A DNA stretch of 64,000 bases from Ranitomeya imitator (GCF_032444005.1 NC_091289.1:13392001-13456000), one strand, 5' to 3'; shown: positions 12,544-29,380, counted from the stretch's first letter. A program made the numbers and translations. Notes: generated by a model from the sequence alone, not told the origin.

Positions 12544-13496
12544 CTGTTATGACATCTTGATAGTCTGGCACCGCTGCCACATCGCCTCCTGTCTGGTCAC
12601 ATAGTTGGTCGCTGTCTATAATGGGGCAGCCATGTTTCCTAAAGTACAAAGTTATAGCAATGTCTATCTTGAGAAGCCTCCTTTTAAGATGAAACTTTGA
12701 TGGGGATGTCTGTGTTTCTGGGACCCCATCCCCGGTCCAACGTCTTTAGGGGAAGAGACGTCTGCACGTGACGCCGGCTTCTTACTATGAGTCTGACCCA
12801 TCGATGGCGAACAAATAAACCAATCACAGCGCGACGCTTGGCATTCCAGAACTGTGACAAATGTGAATTGCGCTGAATGGTTGCTATAGGTAACGACCTG
12901 TCAATGTGATCGTATTGGTTTCAGACATATCACGTTTTGGATGTTTCCAGAATAACGTGTCGGATAAGTGGTACACGGGCAACTTTGTGCAAAATTTACA
13001 GCTGAGTCCCAAACTGATGGCTTCGATAAAGCCGTGATCGGGCCTGGATTGTTCATGCTTCATCTAGGTCTTGCCTGAGACCAACCCTAAGTGGAGAGTC
13101 TACCCCAGTGACTGATAATGTGAGGGGTTAATGCGTCTTCTTATTCGGTTGCTGACTATTTTGTGCTATCTGCAATGAAACATGATTTGTCAGCTACTAA
13201 GAGTGCATGCTGGGAGTTGTAGTTTTGCAACATCTGGAGATCCTCCGATTACTCGGGCCATACAGTGGGTACGGAAGTATTCAGACCCCTTTAAATTTTT
13301 CACTTTGTTTCATTGCAGCCATTTGGTAAATTCACAAAGTTCATTCTTTTTTCTCATTAATGTACACAATGCACCCCATCTTGTCTGAAAAAAAAAAACA
13401 GAAATGTAGAATTTTTTGCAAATTAAATAAAAAAGAGAAACTGAAATATCACATAACATAAGTCTTCAGATCCTTTGCTCAGACTGTCATATTTAA

Positions 13497-14727
13497 CCCC
13501 TTCATGACCGGGGGATTTTTCGTTTTTCCATGTTCGTTTTTCGCTCCCCTCCTTCCCAGAGCCATAACTTTTTTATTTTTCTGTCAATTTGGCCATGTGA
13601 GGGCTAATTTTTTGCGCGACGAGTTGTACTTTTGAACGACATCATTGGTTTTAGCATGTCGTGTACTAGAAAACGGGAAAAAAATTCCAAGTGCGGTGAA
13701 ATTGCAAAAAAAGTGCAATCCCACATTGGTTTTTTGTTTGGCTTTTTTGCTAGGTTCACTAAATGCTAAAACTGACTTGCCATTATGATTCTCCAGGTCA
13801 GTACGAGTTCATAGACACCTAACATGACTAGGTTATTTTTTATCTAAGTGGTGAAGAAAAATTCCAAACTTTGCTAAAAAAAAAAATATTGCGCCATTTT
13901 CCGATATTCGTAACGTCTCCATTTTTCATGATCTGGGGTCGGTTGAGGGCTTATTTTTTGCGTGCCGAGATGACGTTTTTAATGATAGCATTTCGGTGCA
14001 GATACGTTCTTTTGATCACCCGTTATTGCATTTTAATGCAATGTCGCGGCGACCAAAAAAAAAAAACGTAATTCTGGCGTTTCGAATTTTTTTCCCGCTA
14101 CGCTGTTTAGCGATCAGGTTAATACTTTTTTTTTAATTGATAGATCGGGCGATTTTGAGCGCGGCGATACCAAATATGCGTAGATTTGATTTTTTTTATT
14201 GATTTATTTTGATTGGGGCGAAAGGGGGGTGATTTAAACTTTTGTTATTTTTTTCACATTTTTTTTTAAACTTTTTTTTTTTTTTTTACACTCCTGCCAT
14301 GCTTCAATGGCCTCCATGGGAGGCTAGAAGCAGGCACAACTCGATCGGCTCTGCTACATAGCAGCAATCTGCTGATCGCTGCTATGTAGCAGAAATGCAC
14401 GTGTGCTGTGAGCGCCGACCACAGGGTGGCGCTCACAGCCACCGGCAATCAGTAACCATAGAGGTCTCTGGGACCTCTATGGTTACAATATACAAGCCGC
14501 CCGGCCGGAAGCGGTAGTTAAATGCCGCTGCCTGCGTTTGACAGCGGCATTTAACTAGTTAATAGGTGCGGGCAGATCGCGATTCTGCCCGCGCCTATTA
14601 CGGGCACATGTCAGTCGTTCAAAACAGCTGACATGTCCCGGCTTTGATGCAGGCTCACCGCGGAGCCCTGCATCAAAGCAGGGGAGCCGGCATCGGACGG
14701 TATAGTACGTCCGATGCCGGTAAGGGG
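13497..14727. mobile_element. TTAA-flanked non-autonomous element (piggyBac-like) nested in the Tc1
   Basis: TTAA 13493-13496 + CCCCTT...AAGGGG + TTAA 14728-14731. No transposase ORF. Confidence 0.85.
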
Positions 14728-14890
14728 TTAAGTCCCATGCTGTCCAGTTCCTTGTGATCCTCCTTGAGATGGTTCTACTCCTTCATTGGAGCTGTGTGTA
14801 ATTACACTGATAGGACTTGATTTGTAAAGGCGCACACCTGTCTATATAAGACCTCACAGCTCACTGTGCATGTCAGAGCAAATGAGAATC

Positions 14891-15901
14891 ATGAGGTCAA
14901 AGCAACTGGCCAAGGAGCTCAGAGACAGAATTGTGGCAAGGCACAGATCTGGCCAAGGTTACAACAACATTTCTGAAGTACTCAAGGTTCCTAAGAGCAC
15001 AGTGGCCTCCATAATCCTTTAATGGAAGAAGTTTGGGACCACCAGAAGTCTTCCTAGACCTGGCCGTCCAGCCAAACTGAGCAATCGTGGGAGGAAAGCA
15101 TTGGGAGAGAGGTAACGAAGAACCCCAAGATCACTGTAGCTGAGCTCCAGAGATGCAGTAGGGAGATGGGAGAAAGTTCCACAAAGTCACCTATCACTGC
15201 AGCCTCCACCAGTCAGGCCTTTATGGAAGAGTGGCCCAAAGGAAGCCTCTCCTCAGTGCAAGACATATGAAAGCTACATAGTTTGCTAAAAAAACACATG
15301 AAGGACTCCCAGACTATGAGAAATAAGATTCTCTGGTCTGATGAGATGAAGATGTACCGCTTAGAATTATCACCAAAAAGATCTGTGTGGAGAAAACCAG
15401 GCACTGCTCATCACCTGCCCAATACAATCCCAACAGTGAAGCATGGTGGAGGCAGCATCATGCTATGGGGGTGTTTTTCAGCTGCAGGGACAGGACGACT
15501 GGTTGTCACTGAAGGAAACATGAATCCGGCCAAGTACAGAGATATCCTGGATGAAAACCTCTTCCAGAGTGCTCTGGACCTCAGACTTGGCCGAAGGTTC
15601 ACCTTCCAACAAGACAATGACCCTGAGCACACAGATAAAATAAGACAGGAGTGGCTTCAGAACAACTCTGTGACCATTCCTGACCGGCCCAGCTAGAGCC
15701 CTGACCTAAACCCAACTGAGCATCTCTGGAGAGACCTGAAAATGGCGTCCACCAACGTTCACCATCCAACCTGACGGAACTGGAGAGGATCTGCAAGGAA
15801 GAATGGCCGAGGATCCCCAAATCCAGGTGTGAAAAACTTGTATCATTCCCAAGAAGACTCATGGCTGTACGAGCTCAAAAGGGGCTTCTCCTCAATACTG
15901 A
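14891..15901 (+). pseudogene. Tc1 transposase pseudogene
   Basis: MRSKQLAKELRDRIV start, in-frame TAA near 15019, frameshifts. LWSDE, HGGGSIMLWGCF and FQQDND motifs occur in ORF 15283..15696. Confidence 0.9.
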
Positions 15902-18663
15902 GCAAAGGGGCTGAAGACTTATGACCATGGGAGATTTCAGATTTTCATTTTTAATAAATTGACAAAAATTTCTACATTTCTGTGTTTTTTTTTTTTTTTT
16001 TTTTTTTTTCCCCTCAGTCAAGATGGGGGAGCAGAGTGCACATTAATGAGAAGAAATGAACTTTTTTGAATTTACCAAATGGCTGCAATGAAACAGAGTG
16101 AAAAATGTGAAGGGGTCTGAATACTTTGTGTACCTGCTGTAAATCGAGCTGCCGCAGCGGGGAGCCTGCCGGTCCTTTCGGTCTCTCCCCGCAGGGTTCT
16201 CCTGCCCATGTGCTGCGGGTTTTCTCGCTGGATCATTCGGCCTCTTTGTTCACACGTGCGGTCCCCTCCCTTGTGACTCAAGCAGCTGATGAACCACATG
16301 ATCCTCCATACAATAATTAAGTCTGGTGCTGCAGCCGTCTGTGCGGTTAACCCATCGAGAGCCACTGCATGAGTCGTCACATCCTTGTATAAATATATGT
16401 ATTTATTTTCTATTTAAATTTATGGACCACATTTCCAAAATTTCTGCGCACGGTGCACAAAGTTTGCTATTAGGACTAGGATTTTCCTAGTGCCCCCCCC
16501 CCCCATCAGGGCTCATCAGAATACCTGCTCATTATATTATATGGCTACTCTTGCCCCTGGACATGCTCTTCCGTCCTGCTAATTGACCTGCATGGGGATC
16601 ATCTGGTGCATTGGAGAGCACTCCGGACCCTGGAAAGCCTAGTGTGCATGCAGACCCTCTTATAATAAGGCTGACTGGGGGATTCTGCTCCTGTAATGTA
16701 ACTACTGCAGCACCTCCTGTGGAGAAACATAGTATTACATGCTCCCATTAATATCCATGGCTGGGCCGCTCCCTCTGCAGCAGGAGACCTCTCCCTGGTT
16801 GAACGGTTGGAGTTGTTGGTTTCCACAAGGCTCAGCTGTATGTTTCTGGGGGGCCGCCCTGTGCGCCTCACCGACCCCAGAATGCACATTAGCGCTGCCG
16901 GACTTGTGCATGTGCAGTGAACTACAGCTGGTGCTTCCCTTACATGGGGCTGCCCGCTCACTGTTTGTCCGAGAGTCCATCACCAACACTGCCTCAGCCC
17001 CTTTATTCTTGCTATTGTTGGTGTCCTACAAGCCAAAGTCTAGATAAACCAACAGACATCAGCTTACAGTGCTATATCCTAGTCCTGATGAGGCTGGTGG
17101 ACTTGCTTTGAAAATCCCCATCCGAATGACTATCATCTGTGGGTGTCTGTTTATTTATTTTTTACATTTTCCCACTGTATACTAAAATTCTCATCCTAAT
17201 ATTGAGCTATTCTGCCGGAATTTTACAGTAACTGCACCTGCCTCATCAGGTCTAAGATTTATTTAATCATTCAGCTTTCATCTTGTGATCTGCTGACAGG
17301 ATCCTTTTACAGAGATCCTGACTAATTGGCCAAGGCTTGTTCTGCTGCCAAGCTGGCACCGCTGAGGATGGTCTAGCAACCTGTTGTCACACTACAGCTC
17401 CCAGCATGCCCTGTCACATGTGGGGGTCTTTATGTGGTGCTCTGAGACCCCCGGAGCACAAGCATATCATTAACACAAAACTGAAAATAAAGATTAAAAG
17501 CTACGAGACGGATTTCATCACCGGTTATCGGTGTAATCAGTATAACTGCTCCGACCTGACACTGTCTGTAGGTTACTGGGCACAATCCTGCTGACAGGTT
17601 CCCTTTAAAGGGCAGCACCGGGTTTGTCTGTCTGTACATAAGGTGAAGCCCTGCTGATAAGTGCCCCCTCTGCTGTAATATCCCATGCGGGGGGATCACT
17701 TTATACACTGATGCTTGTGATGTGCACGCTCTGTATGGATGAGCGTGCATGTGTGGAGAAAAGGGGTAACGGCCACACATTGCCTTAGACGTGTGCTTTT
17801 ATTCTGCATATGATGGGCTTTATTTCTCACATGAGCCTTTGATCGGCGCTGGTTCTGCTGCTCTTCTTCTAGGTTAGGGGCTTCTACTTTTCACCCGTGA
17901 TTAGTGCTGTGTGTGTGGAGGGGGCTGGCTGATTTCATTACTTATGCCATCTGCAACTATACTGTAACAAAGGGGGCTGGCTTGGCTATTGAAATCAGCA
18001 GTCAGCCCCCGAAGCACACTGCCCCAGGCACGATCAAGCCTTTTCCTGTATTGAACCCAAACTCCAACTGAAGCTTTGGGCCACATTGGTTAAAAGGCCG
18101 CAGTCAGCAAGTGACTCATATTATTGCTCTGCTGCCCCCGCCCCTTTAAGCTTAATTGACACAAGTGGAAGCCCCCTTTAACTCTTGCAGGGTTCTGCTG
18201 TCCATAGATATAAATAGACCTCGGGGATCTGCATTCCTGGAGGGAGATTGATGAGCAAGTAAATAATGGAGGAAGTGATTCTGGTGACGCAGCGGCTCCT
18301 GGGCCCTGACTGTGTACCATGGCGGGGGATGGGCCAGACCCTTCCTTTATCAAACCGGAGCGCTACGTCCAGCACGTCGCCATCACTGGCAGCAGAATCG
18401 CACAGTACTGACGTATCGTGGTGACAGGCGCCAACCTCATGGCGAGGAATTCCTGCCCCTCTATAGACTGGGATGAGCAGCTCCTCAGTGGGGCTTGTAG
18501 GAGGCCGCCTGACACTGGGCACTCGTGATCTGTGGCCGATAAAACTGCTAATATGCCGTACAATGGAGGCAGCAGTGATCATCCGCAGCGGGCGGCCACG
18601 GCTGAGTATAACCAGGTCTGTGCAACACTATATAGTGATGGTCAATACTGAGGACACTGGGTA

Positions 18664-20228
18664 AGAATGGTGAGCGCAGCTCTGGGGTATAATACAGGAT
18701 GTAACTCAGGATCAGTAATGTATGTACACAGTGACTGCACCAGCAGAATAGTGAGTGCAGCTCTGGAGTATAATACAGGATGTAACTCCGGATCAGTAAT
18801 GTATGTACACAGTGACTGCACCAGCAGAATAGTGAGTGCAGCTCTGGAGTATAATACAGGATGTAACTCAGGATCAGTAATGTAATGTATGTACATAGTG
18901 ACTGCACCAGCAGAATAGTGAGTGCAGCTCTGGAGTATAATACAGGATGTAACTCAGGATCAGTAATGTAATGTATGTGCACAGTGACTGCACCAGCAGA
19001 ATAGTGAGTGCAGCTCTGGGGTATAATACAGGATGTAACTCAGGATCAGTAATGTAATGTATGTACACAGTGACTGCACCAGCAGAATAGTGAGTGCAGC
19101 TCTGGGGTATAATACAGGATGTAACTCAGGATCAGTAATGTAATGTATGTACATAGTGACTGCACCAGCAGAATAGTGAGTGCAGCTCTGGAGTATAATA
19201 CAGGATGTAACTCAGGATCAGTAATGTAATGTATGTACATAGTGACTGCACCAGCAGAATAGTGAGTGCAGCTCTGGAGTATAATACAGGATGTAACTCA
19301 GGATCAGTAATGTAATGTATGTGCACAGTGACTGCACCAGCAGAATAGTGAGTGCAGCTCTGGGGTATAATACAGGATGTAACTCAGGATCAGTAATGTA
19401 ATGTAATGTATGTACACAGTGACTGCACCAGCAGAATAGTGAGTGCAGCTCTGGGGTATAATACAGGATGTAACTCAGGATCAGTAATGTAATGTATGTA
19501 CACAGTGACTGCTCCAGCAGAATAGTGAGTGCAGCTCTGGGGTATAATACAGGATGTAACTCAGGATCAGTAATGTAATGTATGTGCACAGTGACCGCAC
19601 CAGCAGAATAGTGAGTGCAGCTCTGGGGTATAATGCAGGATGTAACTCAGGATCAGTAATGTAATGTATGTACACAGTGACTGCTCCAGCAGAATAGTGA
19701 GTGCAGCTCTGGGGTATACTACAGGATGTAACTCAGGATCAGTAATGTAATGTATGTACACAGTGACTGCACCAGCAGAATAGTGAGTGCAGCTCTGGGG
19801 TATAATACAGGAGGTAACTCAGGATCAGTAATGTAATGTATGTGCACAGTGACTGCACCAGCAGAATAGTGAGTGCAGCTCTGGGGTATAATGCAGGATG
19901 TAACTCAGGATCAGTAATGTAATGTATGTACACAGTGACTGCTCCAGCAGAATAGTGAGTGCAGCTCTGGGGTATACTACAGGATGTAACTCAGGATCAG
20001 TAATGTAATGTATGTACACAGTGACTGCACCAGCAGAATAGTGAGTGCAGCTCTGGGGTATAATACAGGAGGTAACTCAGGATCAGTAATGTAATGTATG
20101 TGCACAGTGACTGCACCAGCAGAATAGTGAGTGCAGCTCTGGAGTATAATACAGGATGTAACTCCGGATCAGTAATGTAATGTATGTACACAGTGACTGC
20201 ACCAGCAGAATAGAGTGCAGCTCTGGGG
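18664..20228. repeat. 86-bp satellite, about 18 copies
   Basis: Unit CAGAATAGTGAGTGCAGCTCTGGAGTATAATACAGGATGTAACTCAGGATCAGTAATGTAATGTATGTACACAGTGACTGCACCAG. ORF starts recur every 86 nt. Confidence 0.97.
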
Positions 20229-21583
20229 GATAATATCTTCTGTATATCCCTCTACATTCGGTTTCTTCAGTTTCCTGTATCTGACGTAGACGTTTGTTGC
20301 CTTTTCCCCGTATTTCTGGCTGTATTCGGTGACTCAGCCGCACGTGCGGTGACGCGGTTGGACAGGACATGATCCGCTTTCTCACATTCCTCCCACTACT
20401 TATGGTCAGGTGTGTATTCGGCTCTGCTGCATCGTCCGCTTGTATAACCTGCAGCCATTACTGTGACGTCGGCCTCCTGGTATTTCTGCCGCCTCTCTGG
20501 CTTTTCACTCCATTACTCATGTAAATCTCTGTTTTGCGAGTGACGCTTACGTTATTTCCACTCGTCCTCACAGCTGACGGCTCGGATCGGTGTACAGATC
20601 TTCTTCTTCGCCCTCCTGTGCCTGACTGAGGTTTGTTCTGCTGCTTTACTCGTCGTGCAGGGGATTGCCAAGTCAGGGGGTCAGCAAGCTGTGAAACTAC
20701 AACTCCCAGGATGCCCTGAAGGCCTTAGTAGAAGTTTTCTTGAAACCTTTCCAGGACTTCTATGAAGTGTAGAGCTGGAGCTGAGCGTGTGGTTAGAAGG
20801 TTGCCCTGACCCTGCTGCAGATGGTCGGGTGGTCCCGTGGGTTGGGGGTCTCGGTTCATCATTGGTTGGCAGATCTCCGTCAGTACCTGTGGGACTTGTC
20901 TCTAACTTACAGGCGTCACATTACTCGTCATCAGGTCCTTAGTCCCAGTTCCTCGAGCGCTCGTGGTATTGACCCCACGTCATCTTATGTCCAGGAGGAG
21001 GGTGGGGGTTGTTTACTCGGCCGGAGTCCTATTCCTCCCTCCATGCTGACAAGGACGCAATCTCCATTTATAAAACCTGCCGACGGTGCAGAATAATGGT
21101 GCAACCTTCCTCCTCTTGTATTGTTGCAATCCAGGGTCCAAATGGTGGTGGTCTGTGCGATGGTGGTGGTCTGTGCGATGCCAGGCTCTGCCTGTGAACA
21201 GGAGAGGCGCTGTTCACCAGTGTAGGCCTCGGTTTATGGCAGTGTATCGACCCCCTGAACAGAGGCGCCGGTGTGTGCAGCCATCAAGTAAATGGCCGAT
21301 AACAGGGAACAATAGATTATAATGACCTAGACACAATATTTGGAGACCTGAATGACAAGAAAATGGTGCATTCATTCCAAACGTCCTATAGATGTCCACA
21401 GCGATGGTGTCAGTGACCCCATGGTGCGTCCGGGGGTATGGTATCGGTGGCAGCTGTGGGGGTCGGCCGGGCATCAAACATTGTGGAAACTCCTTTTTAT
21501 GCATTTTGTGACTAATTTTCAGCGGGTCTCGTTCCCCCTCGGTAATCGCTTTTCCTTCTCTTCACAGATTATTTTCTTGAAAG

Positions 21584-24469
<2,886 letters not shown>

Positions 24470-24927
24470 GAGGGGAGAAGGTGAACCCGGAGTCCTTCAC
24501 TAACAGATATCACACTTAGGCCTTCGAACATGAGACCCCTCTCCCCTCCCTGCCCAGAGTGTAAAGGATAAATATTAATCTCCTGCACCTTCTCCAGCTC
24601 CCAGGCACCGGTCCAGACGGAAACGGACACCTGTATAATAAGCAGATCACCACCACCATCATCATCCTCATCACCCCCACCCTCCCTGTGGACTACGCGC
24701 CCATGCTGGTTTAACCTTGTCTCGCCAGGCGGCCTGCAACCATCAGCGTTGCAGACCTCTTCGGGGCGCACGGCGGTTAACGAGAGATACATTTAGGGTC
24801 TTGTTTGAACATAAGTTAATTTTTGTGTCTTGTGGAGAGACGGGATTTTGTTCGTTTTTCTTTTTGTTTGTTTTTTGTTCATTCTTTTTACAGTTTGTGT
24901 ATAATTAACATATATGACATAAAGACA

Positions 24928-24933
24928 AATAAA
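24928..24933 (+). terminator. RAB7A: Candidate proximal polyadenylation signal of RAB7A
   Basis: AATAAA followed by T/GT-rich sequence. Confidence 0.45.
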
Positions 24934-26005
24934 CCTTTTAATTGTTCCGTGTCCCCCCGAAGGCGCCCGCCGGGGCGGCTGCATACCCTCCTCTCTTTAC
25001 AAGCTCGGCACCCGGTGTCCACTGCTCGGCTCTTTGAGTTTTTGTATCCTTCCCGTTAATTGCTTATTACTTTTAACTAATCAGAACTTTTTACAAGAAT
25101 CCATTTATGATGTCATGCTTCCTTTAGAGCAGAAACCAGTCAGAATCTTATAGTACATGTTAATATATGCAACCAAGTAAATGTATAAATTAGTGTTAAG
25201 AATAATATTATTTCTTTCTGTTCTTTTGTTTTGTTTTTTTCTTGATTAAGTAATGAAGCACACGTAAAAATATAAGGCCGCCTCCTTACAATTTGCGTGC
25301 TTCGAAGACGCAGCTTACGGCTTTGTCGGAGCGATTCTGCCCATCCGCCTAGTCATAGGGCAGCCGCATCAATATTCAACCAATCGCTTTCAGTGGGAGC
25401 TAGTGACCGCCCCTGAGGAGCCAGGCATGCAGCTGATAGGCTGAAATGTTAACTCCGCCTCCAACGGGTAGAGTTTGAACAGGCTGCTACTCGTTCACCT
25501 CACTATCCCGGCTGTCAGTGGCCCCGTGACTGCAGTTGGGTCTGTAACCATGATGTGAATATCGGACACTATTTGTATGGTTCAGTACAGGTATTATATC
25601 GCCGCCATCTTCTCCTCTTTTTATATAATCTTACCATGTCTGCAGGGGAACCTTGCTATGCTCAGATTTGGGGAGTAGATTTCCCCAAATTTATCTTGTA
25701 GAGTTTCAGTGCTATTCCCAATCTGGGGTGTAATATGTTTCATTCCCTCCACCGGCAGGTAACATGTAGTATTAGAAGCCCCGCCCCCTTTTCCTAGTCC
25801 CTCCCCCGCAGATCAGGCTCTTGTTATAAAAAGACCCTCCTTGGCCGTTCAGCTTTCCCCTAATGTCTGGTATTTCAGTTTGTAGCTTGCGCCCATATTC
25901 CCATACAGCACTTCTACGCTTTTTTGTTTTGTTTTTGATTTTTTTTTTTTTTTCTCTTCCATTCAGTCTACATTGTAGACCTTCTGTAAAGATGAAAATG
26001 ATGCC

Positions 26006-26011
26006 AATAAA
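26006..26011 (+). terminator. RAB7A: Candidate distal polyadenylation signal of RAB7A
   Basis: AATAAA followed by GT-rich TGTAGTGTTTGATTTGT. Confidence 0.6.
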
Positions 26012-28231
26012 CTTAACAAGAAAAGTCTGTAGTGTTTGATTTGTCTTAAGTTGTAATTTAAATATGCAAATGAGCACTTCAGGAGGAAGGCGGAGTCTTG
26101 TGCCTCCTATCAGAGTCCTACAGGCAATGCTCCATGGGAGAAGACATGCAAATTGGGTCTCCTCCCCCCCAAACTGTCTGCAGTGCCACCTACTGGAGGT
26201 GAATGAGCACAGCACTCGTTTTTCATTCTGCACAATCAAAGCTCCAGCTCCAAAGCCTCCCAGCATTCATCTGTAGGAGCGATGTCGTTCTTGGGGGACC
26301 ACTGGGTGCACAAAAAAAACCCTTAAGTGCTGCCTAGTTTGTAGCCCCCCACAATATGAGAAGCTGAACCTCTGATGGAAAATATGGATGTCCTGCTGCC
26401 TGGAGGAGTAATCACTTTAGAGCAGCCTGTTATCTGGTCACTGGGGTACCCGACAGTGCGCACCCCTTTAAGTGCCGCGGGAAGCTGAGCCGCACACGTT
26501 ACAGTGCCACCTTGTGGTAGTGCACTATATAACTCCAAACTCTCTGTGACATCTGTTGGGTCAGACTCTTGACGTATGGGACATGCAGAATAGACATCAA
26601 AGTAACAATGTGACCTTCCTGGGTACTAGATTATCGCTGCATGAATTTACATAATAAAAAAAAATAATTGTGAACCCCCCCCCCCAAAATCTTCATTTAA
26701 TATGGTCCCTCCAGAAGCCAATAGTCTTGTGGTTAGAGGGGGCTCTGCGGCTGAACAGCCTCAGGACCCTACATAATGGCTCCCTGCAGCGGCCACTAGG
26801 TGGCGCTCACTGCACTTTATAGATGTGTAAATCCCTATACAGTGAGCTCCCCCTAGTGGAGGCTGCAGTTAGGTTCAGGGGGACGCTGACTTTGATACAA
26901 TTCTGACGATCTCATTGCCCCAATTTCCAAATCGTTTCTTCACCTTATTAATGGAACGTCTAATATTAATCTGGTGGCATATCGTCATTCAGCCACAATA
27001 CGACGCTTCTCTGGTTTTCCCTTGGCATGGGACCTCCGGGAGCAGCTCATCTCCACTGAGAAAACGATCCCTTCTGATCAACGTCTGTCGGCAGAGCTTG
27101 CACTCAAGGGCGACGTAGCCCCCCACAATGCGGACATCCTGCAGGTATTGCACAATGCTGAGGGTATGTGATACAGTAGACGACATAGTAAGGAATAACA
27201 TCCACATTAAATTGTCCTCACCGTTCAGCCTATCACACAGAATCGCCCTTAAAGGGGTATCCCTGCTTGGTGCCGAAACACCAACCGAAAGCCAGAGTGG
27301 GGAATTGTCCAGAAACTCGACCAAGTGTTGGTGCCCACTGCATTCATAGAGCTGGGGAAGAGAAATTATAGCTGGGATGTGAGAACTGACCCTTCTCCAT
27401 CCATTGTAGTAGGGACGTCCTGCAACGACCAGGTAACTAAAACAGATGAGAGAAAGACACCAAGATTGTGATCCTTTTAGTCAGAGGTGGAGAAGTACAG
27501 GGGCTTCCTCTGTTCAAAAGATTTTTAGCCCTTTTGGAGCCAGTGGTTAGTCATGAATATTGGAGTTTGCATGAATCTGATATTTAAAGGAGAAGAATTT
27601 TTGGCGAAGGGACCCACAACACCTTCACTCACATCACTATAAGACTATTCTATCCCCTCCAACATAATATCGGTCTCATGGATGATGCTATCCATGCAAT
27701 GTTTCGTCTATATTAGTAAAATTGCAATAAAAAAAACATGATGACGATATCTACCAACTGAGAACTCCAGCAGTGAAAAATTCCTGAAAGTTAGGGATCT
27801 CTTTAAATTCTAAAGACCTAGCACTTGCCACGACCAGCCCTCATATGAGCCCACCACGGAGCGGTATGTGTGGGTAACCTTGATCTAATAAAAAAAAAAA
27901 AAATAGGTCATTGTTCATTCTGGAAGATAGTTTGCTGTGTGTCCCGTTTTCCTAATCTGAGTGCTGCCTTTCATAAAAATTAGAGCCATTCCTGCAACAT
28001 CAGGTTTAGTACTTCTCTTTTGTTATTCCTTTTTATCTTACGTGATTGTACATATCGTATTGCTTTCTTCCCATTTTGTAATATCTTTTTAGATCTCTTA
28101 TAAACACTCCCTATCTTTCCGGATTAAATATAAAATGTAATATCTGTTCCTTTTGCTCTGTAAACCGCACCCCTGAAGACATACGCTACCTGTAACAAGT
28201 ATCCAATAGGTCTGTATAAATGATTGGTGTT

Positions 28232-28443
28232 GGCAGCACGGTGGCTCAGTCCTGGACAACATCTGCAAGGGGTTTGTATGTTCTCTGTGTTTGCGTGGGT
28301 TTCCTCCGTGTTCTCCGGTTTCCTCCCACATTCCAAAGACATACTGATACGGAATTTAGATTGTGAGCCCCATCGGGGACAGTGATGATAATGTGTGCAA
28401 AACTGTAAAGCGCTGCGGAATATGTTGGCGCTATATAAAAATA
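28232..28443 (+). mobile_element. tRNA-derived SINE (V-SINE-like) with internal deletion
   Basis: GGCAGCACGGTGGCTCAGT head, GTTTGTATGTTCTC..GTGTTTGCGTGGGTTTCCTCC core, and LINE-like tail TGTAAAGCGCTGCGGAATATGTTGGCGCTATATAAA. Confidence 0.8.
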
Positions 28444-28594
28444 TATTATTTTTTCTCCTCCATGTGTTGGAATTGGAGGTGTATATACCATACGCTCACT
28501 GTGAGTTCCCCAATAACTGGCCTTGTAGTGGAAGCAGACGCGGCCTCGTCCATCACTCGTCAGTCAATTGTCCTGGTGAATGGAGGCAGAAACT

Positions 28595-28737
28595 GGTGAC
28601 AGTGGTGGGATCTAAGTGACCCCCTGGATGTCATCCACACATATTGGTGACAGTGGTGGGATCTAAGTGACCCCCTGGATGTCATCCACACATATTGGTG
28701 ACAGTGGTGGGATCTAAGTGACCCCCTGGATGTCATC
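28595..28737. repeat. 51-bp tandem repeat, about 2.8 copies
   Basis: Unit starts at 28595, 28646 and 28697. Confidence 0.9.
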
Positions 28738-28939
28738 CGTGACATTGATGGCAGAAGTGGAATCTGCATGACCCCGCCAGCTGTCATCCGTGGCATAACA
28801 CTTTAAAGAAAACCTGTAATTTTAATCTTTCTGGAGACACTATGCCAAAATAGATCACCCAGAATAATTACCACATAACCCTGTAGGACTTTCCAGATGC
28901 TGTAAAATCAATGGCACCTGCTATATTCTAATTAGAACT

Positions 28940-29380
28940 AGAGTCAGGTAGGCGGTGCTGCATGCGGGAGAGTCAGGTAGGCGGTGCTGCATGTGGGAGA
29001 GTCAGGTAGGCGGTGATGCATGCAGGAGAGTCAGGTGGGCGGTGCTGCATGTGGTAGAGTCAGGTAGGCGGTGATGCATGCGGGAGAGTCAGGTGGCGGT
29101 GCTGCATGTGGGAGAGTCAGGTAGGCGGTGATGCATGCGGGAGAGTCAGGTAGGCGGTGCTGCATGTGGGAGAGTCAGGTAGGCGGTGATGCATGCGGGA
29201 GAGTCAGGTGGCGGTGCTGCATGTGGGAGAGTCAGGTAGGCGGTGATGCATGCGGGAGAGTCAGGTAGGCGGTGATGCATGCGGGAGAGTCAGGTAGGCG
29301 GTGATGCATGTGGGAGAGTCAGGTAGGCGGTGATGCATGCGGGAGAGTCAGGTGGGCGGTGCTGCATGCGGGAGAGTCAG
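28940..29380. repeat. 29-bp minisatellite (GAGAGTCAGGTAGGCGGTG(A/C)TGCATG(C/T)GG), about 15 copies
   Basis: 29-nt period. Confidence 0.95.

Larger units (their letters stand above)
13243..16139 (+). mobile_element. Full-length but decayed Tc1 element with ~200-bp TIRs
   Basis: TA-CAGTGGGTACGGAAGTATTCAGACCCC left end, matching inverted right end GGGGTCTGAATACTT..CTG-TA, and a transposase relic inside. Confidence 0.9.

Noticed and set aside
18230-18666. Possible cryptic exon or nested gene ending at the GG|GTAAGA donor at 18661
   Set aside because: No recognisable protein in any frame and no clear acceptor; the donor coincides with the satellite boundary.
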